From: Mobula hypostoma | Lineage: Eukaryota | Reading direction: 5' to 3' | DNA length: 64,000 nucleotides | Assembly: GCF_963921235.1 (NCBI RefSeq) | Contig: NC_086101.1 | Span: 9,240,001-9,304,000, forward strand | Notes under the pieces: model-generated | What the model saw: only the letters and a program-made list of their open reading frames with translations | Told to the model about the DNA's origin: nothing | Databases searched by the model: none | Program-made: the position numbers and the translations under genes | Shown here: in pieces, positions 35,801-46,743 of the stretch | Numbering within the stretch: position 1 is the first letter of the stretch | Layout: every line of letters starts with the position of its first letter

Positions 35801-38634
35801 CCTGGTGCCTGTTGGTGAGGTCTGGCGATGAGGCATTTTGCCAGATGAACTGGACGGTCTGCTCAGGGAACCACCCCACTGTGTCCATCACGTCCTTCTC
35901 CTGCAGTGCCTGCAGGACACTACCTGCCGACCACTGCCTGATGGCCCTGTGGTCAAAGGCGTTCTCCTGGAAGAACTTTCCTACGAAGGACAGGTATGCC
36001 GGCAACGACCAGCTGACTGGGGCATTGCACGGGAGTGGGGCCAGACCCATCCTTCGTAGCCAGGGCGACAAGTAGAACCTGGGCACATAGTGGTACTTGG
36101 TGCCCACGTACCTGGGTTCTACACACAACCTGATGCAGCCACACACGAAGCTGGCCATCAGGGTGAGGGCGACATTGGGGACGTTCTTGCCCCCATTGTC
36201 CAGGGACTTGTGCATGGCGGTCCGTCTCACCCGCTCCATCTTGGATCCCCAGACGAATCTGAAGACAGCTCGGGTGATTTGCAAGCTGTAGGAGCGGGGA
36301 ACGTGCCAGACCTGCGCCAAGTACAGCAGCCCTGAGAGCACCTCACACCTGATGACCAGGTTCTTGCCCGTTATCGACAGGGAGCGCCCCCCCCCCCCAC
36401 AGTCTCAGTTTCTGTTACACCTTGGCAGTCCGCTCCTGCCAGTTCTTGTTGCACGCCTCAGCCCCTCCGAACAAGATCCCCAACACCTTCACGTGGTCAG
36501 ACCTGATGGTGAAGGGGACGCTGGATCGGTCGGGCCAGTTGCCGAAGAGCATGGCTTCGCTCTTCGTGCGATTGAGCCTGGCCCCCGTCGCTTGCTCGAA
36601 CTGTTCGCAGATGCCAATCAATCTGCGAACTGACCTCGGATCAGAGCAGAAGACGGCGACGTCGTCCATGTACAGGGAGGTTTTCACTTGGGTCCCTCCA
36701 CTGCCTGGCAGCGTCACCCCTCTTATGCCCTCATCCCTCCTGATGGCTTCCGCAAAGGGTTCTATGCAGCACACAAACAAGACGGGAGAGGGGACAGCCC
36801 TGCCTGACTCCAGACCTGATGGGGAAGCTGTCTGTTTCCCACCCGTTGACCTGGACTGCACTACGGATGTCTGTGTAGAGCAGTCTGATCCAATTCTGGA
36901 TTCCCTCCCCAAATCCCATTTTGGAGAGCACGTCCGCCATGTCCGTGTGCGATATCCTGTCGAAGGCTTTCTCCCGGTCCAAGCTGATCAGGCAGGCGTC
37001 CACCCCCCTGTCCTGCACGTAGGCGATGGTGTCCCTCAGCAGCGCGAGGCTGTCTGAGATCTTCCTGCCCGGTACAGCACAGGTTTGGTCCGGGTGGATC
37101 ACCTGTCCCAGAGCAGACTTGACCCTGTTGGCGATAGCCTTGGACAGGATCTTGTAGTCCACATTCAGGAGAGAGATGGGTCTCCAATTTCTAATGTCCT
37201 TCCTTTCCCCCTTCTGCATGTAGATGAGGGTGATGATGCCCTTACTCATGGACTCAGACATACTGCCGGCCAGAAGCATAGCGTTGTACACTTCCAGCAG
37301 GTCTGGGCCCATCCAGTTCCACAGAGCCGAGTACAACTCAGCCGGTAAGCCGTCGCTTCCGGGAGTCTTACCCGACCCAAAGGAACGGATGGAGCCTGTC
37401 AGCTCGTCCAGGGTCAGTGGCTGATCCAGACTTTCCCGCTTGCCGTCGTCTAAGACCTGCGTGATAGACGACAGGAAGTTGCGGGAGGCTGTGGATTCTG
37501 TGGCCTTTTCGTCGTACAGACCGGCATAGAAGGACTTGCAGATCCTCAGTATGTCGGTCTGCGAGGACGCGACTGAGCCGTCCTCTTCCTTAAAGTTGTG
37601 GATCACAGAGCTCCCCCTGTGCACCTTTTGGAAGAAGAAGCGTGAGCACGTCTCGTCCTGCTCCACGGTTCGGACCCTTGATCGGAAGATGATCTTGGAG
37701 AATTCGGCGGCGAGGTGCTGGGCTTGCCGGCCCTTCACCTCTCGCAAGTCCTCCCTGACATCCACCCCCTTCGACTGCAGAGGAAGAATTTGCTGCAACT
37801 CTGTCTGGAGTTTACGCAGTTCCCTCTGCTCCTGCTTTGCCTTTTGGATACCTTTGCAAATGAAGAACCTCCTAATGTTCTCCTTGGTGGCTTCCCACCA
37901 GTGAACCGGGGAATCAAAGAAGGCTTTCAAGGTTCTCCAACCTGTGTACTCCCTCTCTAGTTCCTCGATGTTCTCTGGGGTCAGCAGCTTAACATTCAGC
38001 TTCCACGTCCCCCTGCCTGCCTTCCGGTCCTCGCGTAAGAGACAGGTGGCTCTCAGAAGGCAGTGGTCAGAGAAGAACACCGGCGTGACGTCGGTGGACC
38101 TGACCTTGAGGGACTCTGACAGGAAGAGGAAGTCGATCCGGGAGCGGACTGAGCCGTCCGATCGTGTCCAGGTGGCTTGCGGCTGTGCTCCACCTGTGGG
38201 GGTGCCAAAGGCGTCGCGCAGCTTGGCTGTCTTCACCGTTTCCCTCAGGAGTCTAGAGGTACTGTCCAGCCTGCCGTCGCCGCTGCCGGGTTCTCCAGCC
38301 GCATCAATGGTGCAGTTGAAGTCTCCGGCCAGAACGACCGGCTGGGACGTCACCAGCAGCTGTGGGAGCTGCTCGAAGACGGCCAGCCGCTCGCTCCGCA
38401 CGGGGGAGGCGTACACGTTGATCAGCCGGAGCGGAGTGCCCCGGTATATGACGTCTGCTACCAGGAGGCGCCCCGCAACCACCTCTTTAACTTGGGTGAT
38501 TGAGAAGTTGCCTCCCCGCAGCAGAATCCCAAGGCCGGAAGCGCGACCATCGTTGCCCCCCGACCACACCGACAAACCCTGGGATCACCACCGTGACCAC
38601 CGTCGATAACTCCTGAGGTGCGGTAGACCGCACT
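32858..38634 (-). mobile_element. 5'-truncated Tx1-clade element with an internal ~2.1-kb tandem duplication
   Basis: APE-RT ORF 36731..38575; RT repeated at offset 2108; T tail 32858-32866; AATAAA; candidate TSD CTGACTGTCATAT (32839-32851 / 38635-38647). Confidence 0.92.
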
Positions 38635-38693
38635 CTGACTGTCATATAATCACCTCTCAGTGACCTTCTCCCTGGGTCTAATTAACTTTACGC

Positions 38694-39137
38694 AAACACG
38701 AGGAATTCTGCAGGTGCTGGAATTTCAAGCAACACACATCAAAGTTGCTGGTGAACGCAGCTGGCCAGGCAGCATCTCTAGGAAGAGGTACAGTCGACGT
38801 TTCAGGCGGAGACCCTTCGTCAGGACTAACTGAAGGAAGAGCTAGTAAGAGATTTAAAAGTGGGAGGGGGGAGGGGGAGATCCAAAATGATAGGAGAAGT
38901 CAGGAGGGGGAGGGATGGAGCCAAGACCTGGACAGGTGATTGGCAAAAGGGATATGAGAGGATCATGGGACAGGAGGCCCAGGGAGAAGGAAAAAGGGGA
39001 GTGGGGAACCCAGAAGGGCAAGGGGTATAGTCAGAGGGACAAAGGGAGAAAAAGGAGAGTGAGAGAAAGAATGTGTGTATATAAACAACGGATGGGGTAC
39101 GAGGGGGAGGTGGGGCATTAGCGGAAGTTAGAGAAGA
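38694..39137 (-). mobile_element. Penelope-like element 3' end / pseudo-LTR
   Basis: Last codons FSNFR* at ~39136-39118; pyrimidine-rich UTR; hammerhead motif; terminus related to 16120-16230 and 22165-22250. Confidence 0.75.
38792..38827 (-). ncRNA. Minimal type I hammerhead ribozyme motif
   Basis: AGTC-CTGACGA-AGG(GTCTCCG)CCT-GAAAC-GTC^GACT: intact core, stem I AGTC/GACT, stem II, palindromic stem III. Confidence 0.8.
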
Positions 39138-39534
39138 CCCAAGACCCCATCCTGCAGGCCTCAAGACCAAGACCCCAGCCTGCAGGCCTCAAGACCAAGG
39201 CCCCAGCCTGCAGATCTCAAGACCCCAAGCCTGTTTCCAAGCCTCAAGACTCAAGACCCCAAGCCTGTCTCCAAGCCTCAAGCCTCAAGACCCCAGACTC
39301 CAGTCCTGCAGTCATGTCATGTCCATGCCTGGTTCTGGGGCCCGAGCCCGAGGCAAGACCCGGGTTCTGGGTCCTTGTCCAGTCTCTGGCTCAGGGTCCA
39401 AGCCCTAGTCTGCGTTCTTGTCCCTGCTCCTTGTCTGTTTCCTGTCACGTCCCTATCCTAGTCAAGTCCTATTCCTTGTACTTCAGTGTCTGTGTCTTGC
39501 ACTTGGGTCCGTTCCCAGCGCCCCCACTATGACA
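39138..39534. repeat. Degenerate ~27-bp tandem repeat plus LTR-like end
   Basis: Repeated GCCTCAAGACCAAGACCCCAGCCTGCA units at 39138-39310; ends in TATGACA. Confidence 0.5.
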
Positions 39535-40724
39535 CTGGGTGATGTGATTGTCACTTGCCACCTGTCAGCCCAGGCCTGGATATTGTCCAGGTCTTGCTGC
39601 ATTTGTGTTGTGGGCTGCTTCATTATCTGAGGAGTGGTAGATGGTGCTGAACATTGTGTCGTCATCAGTGACCATCCCGACCTCTGACCTTACGATGGAC
39701 AGAAGGTCGTTGATGAAGCAGCTGAGGATGTTTGGGCCGAGGACTCTGTCCTGGGGAGTTCCTGCAGAGATGTCCTGTGGCTGAGATGATCAGCTCCAAA
39801 CACCACAACCATCTTCTTTGATTCCCCCTGAATACCCCATTATTCCTTCACTTGCTCTATTTATTTTATAATTCATAGTGATGTTATGTCTGTGCACTGC
39901 ACTGCTGCTGCAAAGCAACACATTTCACATCAGATATAACAGAGATAATAAACCCGATTCTGATTCTGTTTCCGCAGATTAGTCAGGCCCTGTGACCTGT
40001 CTGATCCGACCTCTCCCAATCATGTGTGTAAACCCTCCCAACACCCGATAATCTCTCAGTTCATCCATTGGATCACACACCCCCTCTATGTGCACAAAAC
40101 TGTAAATACAGCTCCTTCCCTCCACAACAGTGAGATATCACAGAAGGCAGGACCCTCAAGTCAGTCCAGGGCTCCTGCAGGGTGCAATATTTCATCGTCC
40201 CTCTGTAAACAAGAGACATTTGACCTGCCGGCCTCAGTGCTGATGTTCCTGTTTCCGGTGAGCTCAGTGACATTGAGTCATTCAGCACGGAAACTGCTGC
40301 TGGAAGATCATCAGCTCAGTGAGAGACGCTCTTTGGTCCACCCGAAACCTGTTGGTCTCCCAGCACAGCGAAATGTCCGTCAGGGAATGCTGCCAACATT
40401 GAAAAGTTGCATCACCTCTGAGACAACCTGAGTGCCAATGGTTTAACCATGACCGACTGGATTGAAATGGCACTCAAAATGTAAAACATTATTCACACCG
40501 TGTTTAGTATTTTGTATATATTTTTATGACGAGCAAAAAGCACGTTGGAAGTGCAAAATGCAGCTCAGATACAGGCTGCATCTCATCAACCATTATCCAC
40601 ATTATTACACTAATCCTACACTGCAGATCCCACATTGGTCTCATCGGTCACCTCAGTTCTGGAGTGGAAATGAGTCATCCTCAACTCCGGGCGACACTGG
40701 AGAAGGTGCATTTCCCTGTGTAAT

Positions 40725-41251
40725 TGTAAGGGGTTTCTTCTTTTTATATTACTGTTTAGGCTAATCAAAATGGCTTCTTTGTTATGTTATCTGCTGAGAA
40801 AGTGCTTCTCTCTCTCTCTCGCAGCTTGTTTGGGTTATATTATTGATAAGAGACTGAAGAACCAATTGGGATAGATGTTATTCTTTCTTATGTGTCTGTA
40901 AGCTATTCTTTTTCACGGGCTTTGGGGGAGAAGGCACGATGGGGACAGGGAGAGGAGACGCGATGCTGTAAGCGGGGCGGCGGAATGGACCCCGAGCGGG
41001 AGTGCAAGGCCCAGGGTCTTTGGCGAGGGGAGGGGACGAAGACAGACTAGGGTCTGGTCGACCACCGTGGTTGGTCCCAGGCGGCGGGTCGAGGGGTTCG
41101 GAGGGGATCGAATGGTGGAAAGAGGACTCCGTTACTTCAGCTCCAACGGTTGTGCACGAAGTGGTTGAACTTTGATAAGTTTAGCGCATTGTACTGTGCA
41201 CAATGTACGAGTTACAGGTTACACTTTATAAATCTTACTGGGACTGTTACA
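40725..41251. mobile_element. Solo LTR (527 bp)
   Basis: TGTAA...TTACA inverted ends; 4-bp TSD TAAT (40721-40724 / 41252-41255). Confidence 0.8.
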
Positions 41252-41880
41252 TAATAGAGATATAATATAAAAGGAAAGAAAAAGGTGCCAAACTTATTAA
41301 AGTTCAACCACTTCGTGCACAACTGTTCGAGCTCAATTACTGTTGGAACTTCTCACTGCCTCGGAAAAGCAGCCAACATAATCAAAGACATCCCAGACAT
41401 AGTCTCCTCTCCCCCTCCAATCAGGCAGTGGAGACAAACACCTGAAAGCACGTACCACCAGGCTCAGGCAGTTTCTATCCCAGTATTATAAAACTATTAA
41501 ATGGTGCCCAAGTACATCAAGATGGACTGTTGATTTCATAAGCTACCTGATCATGGCCTTGCACCTTATTGTCTGCCTGCACTGCATTTTCTCTGTAACT
41601 GGAACATTGTTTTCTGCATTCTGTAATTGTTTTTCCCTCGTACCACCTGAATGCTCTCTTTTAAAGAAATGGTCTTTATATGGATGGCAAGCAAATGTTT
41701 TTCACTGCTCCTCGGTACATGTGACACATTCCTGGGCATCAATGTCTCAGAAAATCCACCCTGGGCCCAACATACTGATGCAATCACAAAGGATGCATGC
41801 CAGCAACTTTGCTTTGTTTAGAGTTTGAGGAGATTTGTTATGTCACCAAAGACTCTGGCACCAGCAACTTTGATGTGTGT

Positions 41881-42915
41881 AACATGGTTAGAGCACTGGC
41901 TGATTGGTAGGAGGCAGCAAGTGGGAATAAATGGATCACTTTCTGGTTGGCTCTCAGTGACTAGTGGTGTTCTGTAAGGGTCGGTGTTGGAACCACTTCT
42001 TTTTATGTTGTATATAAATGATTTAGATGATTAAATTGATGGTTTTGTTGCCCAGTTTGCAGATGATATGAAGATTGGTGGAGGGGCAGGTAGTGTTGAG
42101 GAAACAGGTAAGATGTAGAAGGACTTAGACAGATTAGGAGAATGGGCAAGAAAGTGGCAAATGAAATACAATGTTGGAAAATGCATGGTCATGCACTTTG
42201 GTAGTAGAAATATATGAGCAAACTATTGTGTAAATGGGAGAAAAATCCAAAAATTTGAGATGCAAAGGGACTTGGGAGTCCTTGTGCAGAACACCCCGAA
42301 GGTTAACTTGCAGGTTGAGTCGGTGGTGAGGAAGGCAAATGCCATGTTAGCATTCGTTTCAAGAGGTCGAGAATACAAGAGCAAGGATGTGATGCTGAGA
42401 CTTTATCAGGCGCTAGTGAGGTCTCACCTTGAATACTGTGACCAGATTTGGGCCCCTCATCTTAGAAAACATGTGCTGGCATTGGAGGGGTCCAGAGGAG
42501 GAGAGGAGGTTCACAAGTATGGGGGGGGGCGGGGGTCGGTGTTCTCATTGAAACAATTCGAATGTTGAAAGGCCTAGACAGAGTAGATGTGGAAAGGATA
42601 TTTCCCATGGTGGGAGAGTCTAGGACAGGAGGGCACAGACTCAGGACAGAAGGGCACCCTTTCAAAACAGACATGCGGAGAAATATCTTTAGCCAGAGGG
42701 TTGTGAATTTGTGGAACTTGTTGCCACATGCAGCTGTGGAGGCTGGGTCGTTGGGCGTATTTAATGCAGATTGCTAGGCTCTTGATTGGACATGGCATCA
42801 AAGGGAGAAGGCCGGGAGCTGGGGTTGAGGAGGTGAAAGAAAAGGATCAGCCAGGATTGAATGGTGGAGCAGACTGGATGGGCCAGATGGCCCAATTCTA
42901 CTCCTATGTCATGGT
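41881..42915 (+). mobile_element. CR1 3' portion (paralogous to 8958-9970)
   Basis: ORFs 42260 and 42562 mirror 9338 and 9632; same internal deletion with a G-run. Confidence 0.88.
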
Positions 42916-45900
42916 CCATCTGATTCAAAGCAGAGATCCTGACTCTATTTGTCTCATAACAGCTCCTCATGTTCTGCCTGGGCAGCCTGCAACATGGCGG
43001 CATAAACATTGAATTCTCAAACTTCTGGTGGTCGCTCCTGCTCTGTCACTTTCCCTGTTTAATTGTCTCTATCCTCCTGATTCACCAGCCCCATCACCCT
43101 ATCACTCCCCCTCCTCCCCCATCCTCTGTCAGCCCATTACCCACAAACTCATCCCCGCCTCTCTCCCTTTATTCCAGGCTCCACTTTCCCCTCTTGTCAG
43201 ATTCCAGAATCTTCAGCCCTTTGTCACTGACACCTCTCACCTCCCAGTATCTGACATATTTCCACACTCCACCTCTCCCTCATTTACCTGTCACCCCCTC
43301 ACCTGGATCCACCCATCACCTGCCCATTTCCCTCCATAGATTTTATCTGACACGCTGGGATACCCAGGCGCTTTATGTTACCACCACTACATGTCCTGTG
43401 TGACCAAGATTCACCCTGACCTCCGTCTCCCAGTTACCCTGTCAGTCCGGGTGGACTTTAGCACCCGGGGGAGCCGGGGAGCTCAGGACCCGCCGCCCGC
43501 GGCTGCTGCTGAATCCGCGGTGTTTCTATTCCGTTGATGGATGCGGTGAACATTAAGTTAAAATTAATAGATCAATATCGTGTTTATTTCACGCTCTGCA
43601 CATTTATATTTACACTGACTTATTCCTTTTTCAATATTTTATTGATATCTTACAAAAAAGATAACAGAGTATGGGAGGATATATATCATATCAATTGCAA
43701 TATATTTGAATTACACTTATAATCTCATTACCCCATATTCATACAAATTAAATTGAATCATAATATTGAAAAGTAATAATTTTATTATACAAAAAAATAT
43801 AAACCCACTACCAAGAAAAGCAATTTGGTAAAGAAAGAAAAAAAGAAAAAAAATCCTTATGCTATAGTAAAATATATTATTAGCCAACTTCTGCACTTGA
43901 TAACAAATCAAAGATTTTGAAAACAATTCAAAGAAGGTACACACAACGTTAGAAAGCCTTGCCTTTATTCAGAAATTGAACAACGAATCTTCTCTAAATT
44001 GAAGTGTGACATAACATCGCGTAGCCATTGGGCATGAGTAGGCGGAGCAACATCCCTCCACCTGAGCAACAACGCTCTCCAAGCTATAAGAGAAATAAAA
44101 GTCAAAATGTGCAGATCAGGTGTCTCCAAGGTAATATCTTTTCCTCCAATAATACCGAATATGGCCATCAAAGGTTTGGTTTAAAATTTACTTTAAAAAG
44201 TACAGAAAAAGTTTGAAATACATCCTTCCAATATTTTTCAAGACTTGGGCATGTCCTGAACATATGAATTAATGAAGCCTCTCCACTGTTACATCTGTCA
44301 CAACAGGGAGATATATGCAAATAAAAACGAGATAGCTTATCCTTAGTCATATGACCCCAATGGACCACTTTAAATTGTAGGAGGGAGTGACGGGCACACA
44401 ACAGTGAGGTATTAACCAATTTAAAAATTTCATTCCAAGTTTCCTCAGAAATTGAAATCTGTAAATCCAGGAGGAGAAGATGGTGACATGACACAGCGTG
44501 CAGCAGCCACTCCGGTGATGAATATCTGTTATCTGTTAAGTAGGGTGCCGTGCATAATCCTGATTTGATGGAGACAGACGTGAGAGTGCCGAAGAACATC
44601 TGGTGAAACTTCTGAAATGCCTGTTTCGCTGCCGCTGCTACTGTGTGATCCGGAATCTCGGGAGGGGAAGGCCCTGAGTTCTTGGCTTTGCTTGTTGCTC
44701 GGCGACCAGGGTTGGGTCAAAGCGCTCGGCAGAGATGGTGCTCGGTGCTCGGTGTCAGAGGCTTGAAGTTTTCGGACGGACCTAGAGTCGGCTGTGGTCG
44801 GGTGCTTCCAGGGTGCTGCATCGGCAAGTTTGCGGCGCTGGAGGTTCATGGCGGGGAGAGTTTCTCCCTTCTACCGTCTGCGTGAGATAATGGGCTATCG
44901 GGACTTTGAGACTTTTTTTTACTGTGCCCATGGTCTGCTCTTATCAAATTACAGTATTGCTTTGCACTGTTGTGACTATATGTTATAATTATGTGGTTTT
45001 TGTCAGTTTTAGTCTTGGTCTGTCCTGTGTTTCTGTGAGGAAGATTGTATCATTTCATAATGCCTGCATTTCTAAATGACAATAATTGAGGACTGAGTGT
45101 CCTCATAATCGAAATAAATCTAAATCTAAATAAATCTTGTTCCCAGAGATTTTTAATTTTGTCTAAAGGAACGTTTCTCATTCCCAACAACATACCATAA
45201 ATATTAGATATTGATCCATTATGAAAAGGTTTGAAATTAAAAATTACATCTAATAAATTATTATCAGGACTTTTAGGAAATGTATGTAATTGCGATCACA
45301 GAAAGTCTCTAATCTCAATATCAAAAAAAAGTGGGTTTTTGGTAAGCTATATTTAGCTGACAACTGCTCAAGCGAAAAGAGAGCTCCTCCAACAAATAAA
45401 TCCTGGAAGCATTTAATACCCAGTCTATCCCAAACTTTAAAAATAACATCAGTCATAGAAGGTTTAAAAAATAGTTAGAAAAAATGGTATTTAAAAGAGA
45501 AAATCTCAATAAACCAAAATATTTTCTAAATTGTACCCAAATCCTTTAAGTATGTTTAACTGCAAAACTATCAGTTAGTTTACTTAAAAATAAAGGAATT
45601 GAGGATCCCAGAAGAGAGATGAGAGAATATTTATTAACAGGGTTAGCTTCTAAAGAAACCCAAACCGGACAGTCCTCTCAGTTAATATAATATTGTGGCG
45701 ACCCACTTTCTGGCACACACGAACCGGCTCACGAAACAGCGCGCGCAGGCAGGGGGCCGGCAGCAAAAAGGGCGCCAGGCCACCTTCACCAGCAGGGGGA
45801 AAATCCCGCGCGCAGAAAGGGTCTGGGAATATGCATTCCCCACAGTAGTCCCGCCCAATGAGGGCGGGAACGGGAAGGCTTTAAAGCAGGCCGCAAAGTT

Positions 45901-46697
45901 TGAATAAATCTCTTTCATCGCAACTCTAACTCACCGACTCCGTGTGGTTATTCTAGCGCTGTGTGTAGCACATCGCTACAATTGGTGACCCCGACGGCCC
46001 AAACGATATTTGGACCAGAGATGACCGACGCTGCATCTGTTCACGCAGTTTCGTTAAAACTGCCAAGCTTCTGGATGCTGCGACTCCATTTATGGTTCGA
46101 ACAAGCAGAAGCACAATTCCACATTCGGCAGATAACCTCGGAGTCCACTCGCTACTACTACGTGCTGAGCTCCCTCGACCAGGAGACTGCTGCACAATTT
46201 GAGGAGTTTATACAGTCGCCCCCGGAGGACGGCAAATACACAGCATTCAAAGCCCTGCTCATAAGGACTTTCGGACTCTCACGGCGCTAACGAGCACGCC
46301 GCTTAATGCACCTGGATGGTTTGGGAGACAGGCCGCCGTCAGCATTAATGAACGAGATTCTGGCCCTGGCTGAAGGACACAAACCCTGCCCTATGTTTGA
46401 GCAGGCGTTCCTAGAGCAACTGCCCGAAGACATACGCCTGCTGCTGTCCGACGCAGATTTCAGCAACCCCCGGGAGGGGGCAGCCCGAGCAGATGTGCTG
46501 TGGAATGTCAGGAAAGAGAGAGGGGCATCCGTCGCACAGATCACCAAGCCGCGTGCTCAACGACAGACCAGACCAGGCCCGGCAGCAGAGCCTACAAAAC
46601 CCGGCGACGGGAGTGAGGAGCCCAATGAACAATGGTGTTTCTACCACCAGCGGTGGGGCACAGAGGCCCGCCGCTGCAGACCGCCCTGCAAATTCCC

Positions 46698-46743
46698 GGG
46701 AAACGCCAGGGCCAGCCGCCGCTGATGGCTACGGCGGCTGGCC
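46698..46743 (+). promoter_or_regulatory. -1 programmed ribosomal frameshift signal (gag-pol)
   Basis: G GGA AAC in the gag frame, 5-nt spacer, perfect 12-bp hairpin GGCCAGCCGCCG/CGGCGGCTGGCC; pol is in the -1 frame. Confidence 0.8.

Noticed and set aside
34794..36341. 515-aa ORF with C-terminus-before-RT order as a novel protein
   Set aside because: Artefact of a frameshift plus the tandem-duplication junction at ~35487
39138..39310. Repeat array superficially like CRISPR
   Set aside because: No unique spacers, degenerate units, no cas genes, vertebrate context
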